64,000 nt of DNA, taken from contig OZ024742.1 of the NCBI GenBank assembly GCA_964016885.1, positions 226,672,001 through 226,736,000 on the forward strand, given 5' to 3'. Source of the DNA: Eledone cirrhosa. Taxonomy: Eukaryota. The translations under genes were made by a program, and so were the position numbers. Numbering within the stretch: the first letter of the stretch is position 1; every line of letters begins with the position of its first letter. This document shows, piece by piece, positions 34,360 to 50,093 of this stretch. The notes under the pieces are model-generated. The model was not told the origin of the DNA, did no database searches, and worked only from the letters and a program-made list of their open reading frames with translations.

Positions 34360-34407
34360 TGGCCAGTTAGGTAGAAAGACTGTTAGGTAGACAGAAAGAC
34401 AGACAGA

Positions 34408-34442
<35 letters not shown>

Positions 34443-34469
34443 AGAGAGAGGGGGAGAGAGAGAGAGAAT

Positions 34470-34511
<42 letters not shown>

Positions 34512-34559
34512 TGGCCAGTTAGGTAGAAAGACTGTTAGGTAGACAGAAAGACAGACAGA

Positions 34560-34634
<75 letters not shown>

Positions 34635-34810
34635 AGAGAGAGAGAGAGAGAGAGGTTGATCGACAGAGAGGCAGAAAGACAGTTAGGTAGAAAGACTGTT
34701 AGGTAGACAGAGAGACAGGCAAACTGATATATAGATATATATATATAAAGAGAGAGAAGGGTGAGAGAGAGGGGGAGGGAGAGAAGGAGAGAATAGGGAG
34801 AGAGAAAGAG
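33640..34810. repeat. Higher-order minisatellite: ~55-bp core plus (TA)n plus (GA)n, about 8 units
   Basis: Repeated GAGAGGTTGGCCAGTTAGGTAGAAAGACTGTTAGGTAGACAGA(A/G)AGACAGACAGACTGA. Confidence 0.9.
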
Positions 34811-35422
34811 AGAGAAAGAGAGAGAGATGCATGTATATATAAATATGTTAGTATTTATGTTATATGTATATGGCTGCTCTGCAAGTATGCATATATGTTG
34901 ACGGCAAAAACAATAGTTCATACTAATCACAGTACACCGACGTGTTGATACGCAGGTAAAGAGAAAGTGAAAAAAATTATACAAAAAGCTAGTCTGTTCT
35001 TTTTTCACTCTTTTGTGCTTGTCACTTGATGGCTGTGTTTTATTATAATTTTTTTTTTTTTATTTGGGACACAAGGTCAGCAATTATCTCAGTGCATTAC
35101 TGGTACTTTATTTTATCGACCATGTAAGGATGAAAGGCAAAGTTAACCTCGGCGGGATTTGAACTCGACGCATGCAAGGGTGCTGGATTGGCAATATCGG
35201 TAGAGTGTCGGACACCATGCTTCATGGCATAGAGTTGCGGCCCGTTACGTTCTGAGTTCAACTCCCGCCGTGGTTAGCTTTGCCCTTCATCTTTACAGGG
35301 TCAATACATAAAGCACGAGTAATGCACTGGGGCAGAGCTCAAGCCGTTTCGACGGCTATTTCAGGAGTCCAGAAATGGCCGTCGAAACGGCTTGAGCTCT
35401 GCCGTCGGGGTCAAACATTTTC

Positions 35423-35463
<41 letters not shown>

Positions 35464-38400
35464 GAGGGCGAAAGAGTGACTTCGGGTATCCGAATGAAGT
35501 CAGTTAGATTCTTTTGCTTAGTTAACTGAACTAAAACAATGGCACTGTGCAATAAGTACCCAACCACCCCGTTACTTTTATATCTATTATTATTTCCTTT
35601 GACGCATAGAGTTACGGCCCTTGCCATTCTGAGTTCAAATCCCGCCGAGGTTAACTTTGCCTTTCATCCTTACGGGGTCGATAAAATAAAGTACCAGTAA
35701 TGAACTGGGTAATTGCTGGCCTTGTGCCAAAAGTAGAAACAATTATTATTTGTTTTTGTTGTTGTTGTTGACCAATTTCTATTGGAAAACATCCACAGAT
35801 TCAGTTTATTCAATCTCTTCCTCCATTTTACACTAAACTTAAGCCTGAACCATAATTTCAACTATAATCTAAACCATAACCCTAAAACCTAAACCCTAAT
35901 CTCAACGATAAACGTAATTTGCTATGTTTAAAACATATATTTCAGAAAATGAGGGGGAAATGTCAAAAATGAAAAGGTTTTATGTTTGGTTGCGTACTTT
36001 GAAATGGAGTAACGGTCGTTTTTAACAAACAACAAAGAAATTTAAAATTTTAATTATTCGTTCTTTTTTTTTTTTTTCTTACTCCTTGTAGAATAGTCAT
36101 GCCCAATGTTTAAAAGCCTAGAAATCCAAAGAAAATTTTTTTCCGAATATATCCACCATAATGATGTGTCATGTGTGTTTATATATATTTATATATATAT
36201 ATCCGTCTGTAACTCTTTTAAATTTACACACACATACACACAATACGTCTCGTATCTTATTCGTGTTGGTACAATAAGAAGTTCGCTTTCCAATCACAAG
36301 ATCCTGAGTTTTAACCCTACATTTGTCGCTCCTAATAGTTGTTTCCCCAGAGTTACTCATTCATTTAATCCTGTATGTTATTTGTTCATATATGCTGAAT
36401 ATTTATGTAATTATATCCTAGAGATGAATAATTAATATATCAGTCTTATATTTAATCACACTTACGTGTCAGTAATCAACATAAATTACAAGCCACTAAT
36501 TGATCAAAACGCACATTTCCAAAATTTGTATGATTGTTCAATATAACCAAAAAATTGGTATATATAGCATACCAATCCTGGATATCGAAAATTAATTAAG
36601 TTCCACGCTATTGTCGTCATTATTGACAACACAAGTCCACTGATATGTAAATAAACGATGAAAATATTACTGAAGTGTCATGCCTATTGCACAACTCCGC
36701 CTTCAGGAAATCATATTTACGTTAAAAAAAAAAGACATGCCTATAGAGATTTTACATGATTGAATCAAAAAAAGTATGGATAAACACTGGATTTTGCTTT
36801 AAAATTTCTGATATTTTACAAAATAATGAAGTTATATGTTACAAATTACGTTATATTCAATGAGCACGCGTGGTCTAGTGGTTAGTTAGGGTGTTGGATT
36901 CTCGATCGTATGTTCGATTTATGGACTGGACGACGCCTTGTGTTCTTGAGCAAAACACTTTATTTCACGTTGACCTTTCAGCAAGGAGTTGCGAGCGGTA
37001 GATCGTTTAAGCAATGGGGAAAACTATCGGTTTGATCTGGCGATCGACTCCTTTCTTTTTATAGAACTTTTTCGCGATTTAATCAATGAAATTTGTACGA
37101 ATACTGTACGTTGCTTTACAATTCTTGATACTTTCTAAATAAGATTACCTTATATGTTGTTTAAATAACGAAGATATCGAGTTAAAATTTAAGGGAAACA
37201 TGGCGTAATAACGAAAAACCATTTATGTATGTGCACAGCAAGTTTACAAACTTTTACGAAGATGTAAAGTTTATGGAACTGAAATTCATTTAGGTGGTAG
37301 TCGGCCATTATTTCGCGAAGAACCTACCCAGTTATTGTTATTTGATGTGTTTGTGTTTCATTGTTTTTAGGGTTTTCATACTGGCTAAGCGGGCTGCACA
37401 CAGGAGCTTCATAATGAAGGGGACTCCGTCCTGTTTAATTATATATTAAATTATGTCGAGGAAACATGATTTTTTAATATTCAGAATATTATGATATTTG
37501 TATGTATACATATCACCTACCTATTACTATACATACATATATACATATATACATACATACATACATGCATACATACATATATACATACATACATACATAT
37601 ATACATAACAATTATCCATATACAACTCTGCCCCTCTTCCCCTTCTTCCTGTCTTTTCAACGCTCTCCTTACTTTCTTCTTCTTCTTCTTCTTCTTCTTC
37701 TTCTTCTTCTTCTTCTTCTTCTTCTTCTTCTTCTTCTTCTTCTCCTCCTCCTCCTACTCCTCCTCCTCCTCCTCCTCCTCCTCCGCATCTCTATTCTCTT
37801 TTCTTTTCTTGTTTTCTTTCTTCAGATTTTTCTTTGTCACCACATCCAAAACTCTCAACCATCGGCCCCATCGGTGGTAGATTTAATCTATCACCCAGTT
37901 TAACACCACCACTTTGTCTTCAGGTGGTAGACGTAATCTGTCGCCAAGTTTAACACCACTATCTGCTTCTTGGGTGGTAAACTTAATATGTCACCCAGTT
38001 AAGCACCATTATCCGGCCATTGAGTGGTAGACTTAATCTGTCACCCAATTTAACACCACCAACAAACCACTTCATTTCACGTTACTCCAGTATACTCAAC
38101 TGAAAATGAGTACCAGCAGTAGCTGGGTGTTTAACCGAGCAATGGACTGGTGTCTTGTCCAGGATGGGGTGGGAGGGGGTGGGATTGTACTCTCAGTCGC
38201 TTAACGCCACAGAAACCAGGATAAGCACCAGCCTGATGAGCCTCCAGACTTGAGACAGACTTTAGACTTTTAGACTTAGCTTATTCTGTGTCTTTAACTG
38301 AGTCCACACTTTTGCAAACATTTGTGTCGGGTCTCTAGTCTCTCTCTCTCTCTCTTTCTTTCTTTCTTGCTCTCTCCCTCTCTCTTTCTTTCTCCATCTT

Positions 38401-39190
38401 TATCTTTTTTTCTTTACTCGTCTCTCTCTTTCTTTCTTTCTCTCTCTCTCTATTGATCTCTTTTTCAGTTGATCTCTCTTTCAGTTGATCTCTCTTTCTA
38501 CTGATCTCTCTTTCAGTTGATCTCTCTTTCTACTGATCCCTCTTTCTCTTTCTTTCTCTCTCTTTCTCTCTCTCTTTCCCCCTTTCTCACTATTGATCTC
38601 TCTCTCTCTCTCTCTCACTCACTCTCTCTCTCTCTTTTTCCTCCCTCTTTCTCTCTATTGATCTCTCTCTTGCTCTCTCTTATCTCCTCCCTCTGTCTTC
38701 TACCAGTCTCAGAAGCCATGAAAATATTCTCCAATCAGACATAACCAAAGGTCTTTTATGTAGATCATTGGGTGGTCTTATTAAACTATAGCCCACCCAA
38801 TTGACTCTGGTGTAATAGACTCCTGGTAGTTGGTAGCTGTTGACGATATATCACTCTAGTTTGAGCATAGCATGAACGCCACGAAACATCCTTCCTCCTC
38901 CTTCTCCTCCTCTTCCTCCGTCTCCTACTCCCTATCTGCTATACATCCGAGGCCGCCATGTACCAGTTGGGAAAAAATCAATATTTCGTGTAGATAGAAG
39001 AAAATGAGAGCAACCTCATTCCACACATTGTACACTTATACATACATACACACTTTATACATGCATACATAGATTGTGTGTGTGTTGTGTGTGTTGTGTG
39101 TATGTGTGTGTGTATGTGTGTGTGTGTGTGTGTGTATATATGTGTGTGTGTATGTGTGTATGTGTATATATATACACATACATACATACA

Positions 39191-39228
<38 letters not shown>

Positions 39229-39368
39229 CATATATGTATGTATGTATGTGTATATACACATATATATATATATATATAAGAATATATATTTAAAATATTG
39301 AGACATCCATTGACTGGGTAGTAGAGTGTATCAATCAGTGATTTCGAAGTATCAGCTTGGTCACTTCC

Positions 39369-39413
<45 letters not shown>

Positions 39414-39557
39414 CGAAGGAATTGTGGTAAGGAACCAGATGGACCATAACGCACCAGTGTACTCAATACTTAGGGTAGTAGAGTGGGTAATAGGAGAATA
39501 GTCCAGAAATAGCCGTCGAAACGGCTTGAGCTCTGCCGTCGGGGTCATACTTTTTCC

Positions 39558-39630
<73 letters not shown>

Positions 39631-39731
39631 GGTAACAGACATATTATTTTATGTGTGTTGATGTCTGTTTGTGTGTGTATATGACTCTCTGAAGGAATGG
39701 TGTGTCTGCGTATGTTTTGTGTGTGTGTGTG

Positions 39732-39778
<47 letters not shown>

Positions 39779-39992
39779 TTGAGGGCGTAACATGTCTATA
39801 CAACTGAAAGTATTGTGTCTGCGTATGCCTGTGTCTACGTGAGTATGTATATATGTGTATATATATGTGTGTGTGTGTGTATGTGTATGTATGTATGCGT
39901 ATATATGTGTACGTGTGGGTGTACTTCTGTGTATTGTATGCGTGTGTATCAGTGTATATATATATGTATGTATATTATGTATATATATATAT

Positions 39993-40073
<81 letters not shown>

Positions 40074-40092
40074 GTGTGTGTGTGTGTCTGTG

Positions 40093-40137
<45 letters not shown>

Positions 40138-40230
40138 GTGTATGTATGTGTGTATGTATTTGTATATGTATGTATATGTACGTATGTGTATCACTGTGTG
40201 TATGTATGTGTGTGTAAGTGTGTGTGTGTA

Positions 40231-40332
<102 letters not shown>

Positions 40333-40465
40333 TTCCTACGGTTCTAACTTCAGTCTCCATACCTATCCTAGAAGCACTGAGTTCACTGACATCGTTGCCA
40401 TGACAACGATAAGTCAGTCTGTTCTGATGTTTGTTATTGCAGATATAACTATCGATTTTACCTCT

Positions 40466-40602
<137 letters not shown>

Positions 40603-40827
40603 CGATCATCATCATCATCTTCTTCTTCTTCTTCTTCTTCTTCTTGATTTCATTCTTCAGGTTTTTCTTCAACTCATTCCTTTCCTTCACCTCCTCCTCC
40701 TTCCGCCATCTTTGTTATTTCCTACCTCTATTTTCTTCTTCTTCTTCTTCTTCTTCTTCTTCTTCTTCTTCTTCTTCTTCTTCTTCTTCTTCTTCTTCTT
40801 CTTCTTCCACAACAGCAAAAACAACAA

Positions 40828-40865
<38 letters not shown>

Positions 40866-40894
40866 GGAGCAGCAGCAACAACAACAACAACACC

Positions 40895-40949
<55 letters not shown>

Positions 40950-41456
40950 CTAGCAAAACATCAGCAACAACAGCAACATCAACAGCAATAACAAACACCA
41001 ACATCAGTAGCAGTAACAACACAAACAACACCAATACCAGCAACAGCAACAACACCAACGGCAGCAGCACCAGAAGCTGCAGCAAGTGCAGCAGCACCAT
41101 CACCGGCGCCAACACCAACAACAAGACCAGTAGCAGCAACCTCAACAATAATGCCTGTACCACCACCACCACCACCACTACTAACAATAGCACAAATACC
41201 ACCATCAGCAACTGAAGCACCACCAGCAGAAGCTATACCAACATCAATACCAACAGCAACAACAGCAGCAACACTTACACTAATGCCAGCACCAACACCA
41301 ACACCAATAACAGCAGAAGCAGTGTTCACCAGACTACGACACACAGACAGAATTGTAATTTATTCGTCCCTGGTCGATCTCTGTAGCAACAACAACATCG
41401 TATGTGTTGCAGTAGTAGTAGTAGTAATGATGTTGTACTCTGCTATTACCATCCAG

Positions 41457-41638
41457 GGCCGTCAGTAATACAGAGACGACTGTCAAACAGGAACGCCATT
41501 TACAAAGAGGACCGACAGTCATACAGTGACATCAGTCATATAAGAACGGCATCCATTGAGAGAGAGTGGGAATCCAGGGACGTCATTTACACCCAGGAAC
41601 AGAATCCATTCAGGGACGGCAGCCAGCCAGAGACATAA
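41457..41638 (+). CDS. Possible terminal coding exon of an unidentified host gene
   Basis: Acceptor-like ...ctattaccatccag|G followed by an open high-complexity frame PSVIQRRLSNRNAIYKEDRQSYSDISHIRTASIEREWESRDVIYTQEQNPFRDGSQPET*; no transposon motif recognised. Confidence 0.4.
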
Positions 41639-41871
41639 CCTACATACTGTAGAATTTGTTTCTTTGTGTTGCTGAGTCGACCACCAATCAATTAATCGAT
41701 ATTATTTTGTGTCTCATAAATTGTCACAAATTGATAAACGTTTAATCGTAACCAAATTGTAATCATCATTCAGTCATCCCGCTTGCCATCTTCGGAGATG
41801 GAGCAACATAGAACAGAAATGGCATTTATATTACCTGACAATTTATTCCTCGTCTACAACACCACATACAG

Positions 41872-41947
<76 letters not shown>

Positions 41948-42141
41948 GGAAGTACAGCATAGTCGAAGCTCGAGCCGCAGCTAAGCCAACGAATGCAATC
42001 AGAAGTGCAGCCAAGCACTCGATAAGGTATAAAACATTAGAGTAATAACATTCCGTTTAAAGGGCTTTGCAAATTGAAGATAGCGACCGGTAATTCAGCC
42101 TCGGGGACCGTAGCAATGAAAGAACTGACTCACGAGAAAAA

Positions 42142-42191
<50 letters not shown>

Positions 42192-42758
42192 CAAACCTGG
42201 ACCATCACTTCGATATTTTGCAATATCTCAGTTAGGTTTCTGTAAATCCGAAATCTACAAAATCCGCTTGCGGTGTATGCAAGTTGTTGGTTCTGGAAGA
42301 TCGAACAGAGGATTTACTTTCTCAACAGGCTTCCGTTCAGACGCCAGGCCGGTTGTGAGTGAGCACATGTTTCTCCAAAGGGAACTAACACCCGGTTTTT
42401 GGCGGTCAAATTCAAATTATGAACAATGGAATAAGTTCCGTACACAAACTGAATTAAGCACTCAACCAGGTCGTTATTAAACAAACATAAATAATTAACC
42501 AATCAATAGAATTGTCTAATTAAATTAATCAATTAATCATTAGGTCCAGGAGATAGTAATACAAATGGAAGTACAGCATAGTAGAAGCTCGAGTCGCAGC
42601 TAAGCCAACGAATGCAATCAGAAGTGTAGCCAAGCACTAGATAAGGTATAAAACCTTAGAGTAATAACATTCCGTTTAAAGGGCTTTGCAAATTGAAGAT
42701 AGCGACCGCGGGGACCGTAGCAACGAAAGAACTGACTCGCGAGAAAAAATACATACAT

Positions 42759-42850
<92 letters not shown>

Positions 42851-42982
42851 GTGAGGGTTTTTTTTACAAAATGAAAAATAACCGAGGTGTCCTACACGAG
42901 TGAAAGTATAAAGGAAATAAGATGAAATCGAAAATGCAACTGGAGTCTTATTTTTTAAAAAATATATATATTTATTTGGTTC

Positions 42983-43018
42983 CTTTACCGGTTTCGCAGT
43001 TCTTCTGCTTTTCAAAAG
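42983..43018 (-). ncRNA. Minimal hammerhead with U3:A8 variant core
   Basis: ctt-TTGAAAA-gcag aagaa ctgc-GAAA-ccgg-TA^-aag, in a cassette (42845-43055) between microsatellites. Confidence 0.65.
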
Positions 43019-43054
43019 TAGAATTGAGATGGAGGGTCTGTGGTTTTTCTCACA

Positions 43055-43144
<90 letters not shown>

Positions 43145-43256
43145 TAAGAGGAATTTCAACTTTGTCTGATTTACTCGTTTTATTTACAATCCTTTAAAAT
43201 ATATAATGGTATTATAATGAAATAGTATGATAGAATATTAAATTCTAAGTGTTAAT

Positions 43257-43295
43257 TGAACTAGTACTTTCATGCTTTCGCAATCTTCAGGTTCA
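43257..43295 (-). ncRNA. Minimal hammerhead ribozyme
   Basis: tgaac-CTGAAGA-ttgc gaaa gcat-GAAA-gtac-TA^-gttca, with a palindromic GTAC loop. Confidence 0.8.
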
Positions 43296-43332
43296 TAATA
43301 TGTGGTGTGACAGTCGAGTTTGCAATTTTCAA

Positions 43333-43394
<62 letters not shown>

Positions 43395-43399
43395 GGGGG

Positions 43400-43700
43400 T
43401 AGAGGATGTGTACAAGACCGCATACAGCGCTGATATTGACATATGTTACATTTAAAGGATGACAGCTGCATGAAGAAGTGCCAGGTATTCAAAGTTAGTG
43501 GACACTCCTGAAGAAGGAAAACTGGATCTGGTCGAGGTGGAACAGAAGCGATATCCATACAACTTAAGTGTCCTATACACAAATCTAACATGAAAGAGGT
43601 TTCTCTGAATACCTTATGAATGAGATGACAGAGAACCGAGTCATTTAACGATAAGCTGCTCTACAGAAGACTCACTTTTCCACATGAGCAAGATAACATG
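43400..43700 (+). mobile_element. Old RTE 3' fragment (another on the minus strand at about 43780-44110)
   Basis: Similar to 6090-6340 (AAGGATGACAGCTGCATGAAGAAGTGC). Confidence 0.55.
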
Positions 43701-44856
43701 AGCATGGAGAGAATTATGGTAAAAAGCAGAGAAGTGTAATAATATTAAGGCCTTCTTTCTCTCTTCTATCACCCATTCTCTCACTCTCTAACCTCTTTGT
43801 CAACCCATGTCAGCATGGAAAGATATATACACCTCCACATTGTAAAGCCAGGCGTCGTTTACTAACTCCCCCTCTCCAAGACCACCCCATGACCTCACAC
43901 TTACTCGCTGCCTTTCTACATCCCTGAATTCTTGCTTCTTCGTCTAACCACACCAGCATGGAAAGACGGGTGCACCCCACAATGTACAACCAGGTGTTAC
44001 GTTTAAGCCCACCTCTCCCTCTCACTGTATCCTTTGGCAAGCAACATGTAACCTAGCCCACGTTCTCATCCCATCACTGTTCCTCCAGTCTGGCCGAGGT
44101 TACAATGAGCACGTTACTGTCGAAAAGTGGCAGTGATGGTGCCACAATAAAAATACACTCAGTATACGCTCGAAAGGGTTGGCATTATGAAAGATATTCA
44201 GCCATAGAAACCATTCCAAAAGGGAACTTATGAATGAGATATGGTCATCTTACCTACCAAGTCCCAACATATAACAACCCGTCTATTTTTCAGATGAGCT
44301 GGGGCAATATGAGAAACGACAATACCCATTATCTATTCCTGAAATATTTAAAACTAGAACCTTCTGCAGATCTCACAATCTCTGATGGTAGTAAGAAACT
44401 CTGGAGAGAGCTGGAGAGCAGAACGTATTCAGGGAAATCGCTTTCATAGAAGTGTTTGGCCCTTAACTACTTACATTCTAAGAGGGTCAGGTCACACCAC
44501 ATCCTGGGTGCCCTTCTGGTGACACCTTTTAACCATTTAGATTTGTGTGTAGGACACTTAAGCTGTATGTAGGCTTTGTCTCAATGTTAGAAAGAATTAT
44601 TAAAAACAATCTGAAGTTTTAAGAAGTATTGAAGTAGGTCTGTTTTGTATATAAAAATACTAATTTGTTTTCTTTTTACCGTTTTTAACTTAAAGATCTT
44701 TATGTATCTGATTGATTGGTCTATTTACATTAGTCCTAGTACTTGTATCTGTCAATCACCAGTTGTTCATATTGACTGACAGTATTTAGCCCTAGTACCT
44801 GTATCTCTCCATCATCAGTTGACAATATTTAGCTCTAGTACTGGTATTTGTTAATT

Positions 44857-44907
<51 letters not shown>

Positions 44908-45825
44908 TGAAAGGTTTTGTGATGCTATTGTTATTTGAACCTAAAATAATAATGTTAAAAACAGTGTTTTAAAATTTCCCCTTCGTGGGTTAATCTGTTA
45001 TAGTAACAATGTAAACTCAAATTACTGAACAAAACATAGTTGGGGATATATTTACTTTAGATTAATTGCCACGGAGTAAACACGATGGAAAAAGTGTGGC
45101 GCCCTTACATTAGGCAGATATAATAAAAGTCTCATTCGTACTTTTAAAAAAGGTTTGGAATTAAATTAACAGTTAACACAAACCCCAGTAATGTTAATTA
45201 TCAAGATATATTTAGAGTTAGGCTGAAGAGAAATTGCTGCATATACGAAAGACTCTAACTAACCCCAACATTTTATATTAATTTACTCAATAATATAAGT
45301 AGGAGAATATATAATATATAATCAGGTCATGCTATATTTATCAAAATTGTTAATTATTACATTAACGTATGAGAAAAAAATCTGGTTTAAGTAGATGATT
45401 AAATTCTTATCCTAGCTTCAGCAACAGTATAATGTACTTCATCACTAAACCATCATCTGGTCTAATAAAAGCATAAAATCAAATACAGCCAAGAATTTTA
45501 CTTAGTTGTTAAGTATTTCCTAACCAGCCATAAATATAAAATATTTAACAACAATAACGTCAAAGTTAGCCACACTTGGTTAACAAATGTAGGGAACATA
45601 AATATGAAAGTTCAGCGATATAATAAAGGAATATTCGCATATTTGATGAACAATTGACCATCAGTTTCGAAGATGAGTGTTCCAATTCTTCGGTCAGCAA
45701 AATGGCCTGCACGTTAAAATGACATTTAAGTGGTTAAATATTCCATAGGCACTTGTACTGTAAACGTAATTTTTAGGGAATTTTAATGTGTTATAGTGGG
45801 ACAAAGTTGGCTCCTTGAATTACAG

Positions 45826-45999
45826 CAGGGTCTCCCAAACCTTTTCAAACGCGAGACACTTTTTGGTTCAGAAACTTTTGAGGGAACCTCCAAGTTATAT
45901 GGTCGTAATATAAATATACTCCTCTACCTTTTTTAAAGAACCCCGGACACTCCTTTGCAGAACCCTTGGGTTCCGCGGAACCCACTTTGGGAACCACTG
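45826..45999. mobile_element. hAT (Charlie-like) MITE
   Basis: Termini CAGGGTCTCCCAAA and TTTGGGAACCACTG. Confidence 0.55.
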
Positions 46000-46910
46000 A
46001 ATTACAGATGCAATCCATCCGACAGGCTTCCAAACAGTTTCAGTTTTCTCAATTTCACTTTCAGTGCTTGAGTCAACTCATGACTATGATAAAAGATACT
46101 TGCCCAAGATGTTGTGCAATGGGATCGAAACCAGAACCCGATGATTGTGAGATTAACTACTTAACCATTCGACTCTGCTCAGTGCCGGATTTAGGGCAAA
46201 TGAAACCCTGTGGTAGTTAAGTTATGAGGCCCCTTACTTGGGCTCTGAAGGAGGTAGGCCCGTTAGGCCTACACAGGAAGATGCCCCCCGCCCTGGTCAA
46301 CGGGGCCCTGTACTTAAGCACACCTAAGCACAATGGTAAATTCGGCACTAACCATGTTGCATCCACAACTACTATATAAAGTCAGAGACTGACAGAAACC
46401 AAAATTACAACTTTTTACACAATACATTTAATATTTAATAAATAGCCTTTGATCTCTGATAAACAGGTTACAGATTTGGGTTACCATGTACGGAGAAGTA
46501 GGAAGTTGTGGCATTCATACAATTCCCTGCTGTTATGACGCAATAACAGAAGTTAGAGTCACGGGTCTTAATAATATATGTTACCATAGCAACTAAGATC
46601 AAATAGGTCGATAGTATTATTTGATGGTTATTGGTTATCTAGGTCATGGTCAAACGTACATTAACGATGTTTCCGTGTTTAATGTTGTAATTGTTGTTAA
46701 TGAGGATAATTATGATGATGACGACGTTGATGATGATGATGATTAGGAGGAGGAGGAGGAGGAGGAGGAGGAGGATTGTTGTCGCTATTGATGATGGTAT
46801 TGATGATAAAAAGGAGGAGGGTGATGTTGATGTTGATGATATTGTCGCTGTTGTGGCTGCTGCTGTTGTCGTTGGTGCTCTTGAGGCTGTTGTTGTTATT
46901 GTTATTATCA

Positions 46911-46971
<61 letters not shown>

Positions 46972-46974
46972 TGC

Positions 46975-47023
<49 letters not shown>

Positions 47024-47031
47024 GCTGTTGT

Positions 47032-47097
<66 letters not shown>

Positions 47098-48469
47098 AGG
47101 GAAATAGATTTAGATTAATGTCAGTAATCTTTCTTTTCATAAACAAACACTATAAGGCAGCAAATCGTCCGAGTCGATAGAGCGTCGGACTTTCTTCTGT
47201 TTCTCTGCCTCTGCGCTCTAAGGTCAACTTCAACAAAATAATTTTGAAAATAAACAAGAATTTAGAGGGATTCAGTAATATAACGAACTTTCTCATTATT
47301 AAGCTGGTGTTTGGAACATAACTTAACAAAGGTTATTACATAAAATCGCGATAGAAGTTTTCGGATAAATATAAACACTTCAAAATAAACAATTTTGAAC
47401 CATAGAAGCCATGGTTATTTCAGGCAGTTTGGTATCAGAAGGGTTAATTAGAGCAAGACTTTCCATCAGTATCGTATTTACGTTGTCTACAGTCAGACGG
47501 CGTCACACAGCGTTTGCAATATATGGTGGAGTTTAATCCCATTTTTATAATATTAAAATTAATGTTTTAAGAGAAACAATCTCTTACACACACGCACACA
47601 CACCACACACACACACACCACTCTGGAAAAGAACACCAGTGTGTTTTAAGTTGTTTAATTTCCAATCGATCGATCAGACCTACAAGCAAAAGCAGACCAT
47701 TGTTTTAATGACTTGATTTTCTTCAATCATCTTAGTATCACATTTCATCTACAAAGTCGATGAATTGGTAGATTCATTAGGGTGTCTAATTAAATATCGC
47801 TGCATTTTTTTTTTTTTTTTTTTTTTTTTGTTCACTGCATTCTGAGTTCAAATCTCACCGAGGTTAACTTTGAATTTTATTCTTTTGCGGTCGATAAAAA
47901 AAGAATACCAGTTCAACGGCGGTCTCTGAACCAGCTCTGTACATTTTGATTTCGAATTCCACCACTTTCTAAAAGGATTTGCGACGACAGATTGTATTAG
48001 TAATAGAAAGACCGGTGGAAACATTTATTTCCGTGGGTCGATCTAACAATCAGCTCTTTTCCTTTCTTTTTTTTTTTTATGTATTAATATAATTCAAATC
48101 ATATCTAGGATGTTTTATGGGAATGTTAAATCATCTCCAATACTTGATTATATCGACCTGGGCAAGATTAAATAGGTTCCAGTTGTGGCCACACCGTTTG
48201 TTTCTCAAAGAGTATGTACGACTACGTTATCTAACGTGTCCTTTATTTATGAAAGTAGAGTTTGGTTTGAGTGACAGATTGCTGCTATTTCTAGCAGTTC
48301 GAGCAACTGCAGAGAAGTTCCTCCGTTGACTTGAATATATTGTTTGAATTAAATTCTTTCGGCTAGAATAATCTGATGAATTGATTATCCCTCCATTTTT
48401 AAATGGAGATTTCCTATAGAAAATCTTCTGATTCGTCAAATTTACCGCTAGTTCGCCATCTTTATACTA

Positions 48470-48990
48470 AATATCTTGTATGTCTACATAGATATTAACT
48501 ATGGATATTTATTTAAAAGCATCCATTGCTTCATAAATATCTCGCATGTCTACATAGATGTTAGCTATAGATATTTTCTTAGCGATATTCATTGCTTCAT
48601 AAATATCTCATTTGTCTACAGAGATGTTAGCTATAGATATTTTCTTAGCGATATTCATTGGCTCCTAAATATTTCATTTGTCTACATAGATGTTAAGCTA
48701 TGGATATTTTCTTAGCGATATTCATTGCTTCAAAATATCTCATTTTTCTACATGGTTAGCTATAGGTATTTTCTTAGCGATATTCATTGCTTCCTAAATA
48801 TTTCATTTGTCTACATGGTTAGCTCTAGATACTTTCTTAGCAATATTCATTGCTTCATAAATATCTCATTTGTCTACATAGAAGTTAGCCATGAATATTT
48901 TCTTAGTGATTCCCATTGCTCCCTAAATATCTTGTATGTCTACATAGACGGTAGCTAGGGGTATTTTCTTAGCGATACCCATTGCTCCCT
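48470..48990. repeat. Tandem repeat, 63-66-bp unit, about 8 copies
   Basis: AAATATCTCATTTGTCTACATAGATGTTAGCTATAGATATTTTCTTAGCGATATTCATTGCTTCAT. Confidence 0.9.
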
Positions 48991-49473
48991 CGAGTTAGAC
49001 ACAATATCTTGGCTGTGTCTGTAGGATGTTTCGACTATTCTGAAATTATTTCAAAAAGCCATTGATTTCCATTGAACTTTGTAATAAATATGATTTTTTT
49101 AAAATTCAGTGAATTGTGTAAGAAAAACTTTAGCGTTTAAGCAGTTAATTTTTTTCACTCAATGTACTTGTATAAATGAATATATACTCGTATACATGAA
49201 TATGAATGATGGCTTGAGTATGGCTGTGAAATGATGTATATGTACGCCTGGGTTTATGATAATGTTTATGAATGCGTGTGTGTGTGTGTGTGTGTGTGTG
49301 TGAGAGTGTGTGTGTGTATGTGAATGTGTGTGTGAAAGAGGGAGAGGGAGAGAGAGTGAGTAAGCGATAGTGTGTGTGCGTGTGTGTATGTGTGTGTGTG
49401 TATGTGTGTTTGACTGAGTGTGTTGCTATGTTCGTATGGATGTCTGTCTGTGTGTCAGTCAGTGTATGCGTGA

Positions 49474-49504
<31 letters not shown>

Positions 49505-49629
49505 ATGTTGTGTAGGCACGTGTACGTACGCCTGTGTGTATAACTACAACTGCCATGTCAGTTATTCTACTTCTTTGTTCGTGTCTGTCCGTGTGTCGGT
49601 TGCTCTCTCTCCCTCCCTCCCCCTCTCTT

Positions 49630-49693
<64 letters not shown>

Positions 49694-49919
49694 ACACACA
49701 CACATGCGCGCGCACACACACATATGTATATATACCCTGTCTTTCTTTCTATCTATACTACTTACTGCCTCTCTATCCCATTCTTTCCTCCCTCTAACTC
49801 TATCTCTAACTCTCTCTCTTGCTTTCTTCTTACTCCTGTCGCTCTCTCTTTCTCTCTTATTCTCTTAAATAGATACACTTTAATGCTTTCTTCTCTCTGT
49901 CTCTCTCTCTTTCTCTCTC

Positions 49920-49991
<72 letters not shown>

Positions 49992-50014
49992 CACACACAT
50001 ATATATATATACAT

Positions 50015-50093
<79 letters not shown>

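Noticed and set aside
48470-48990. Regular repeats resembling a CRISPR array (also 37870-38060)
   Set aside because: Contiguous tandem units with no unique spacers, no cas genes, and a eukaryotic context.
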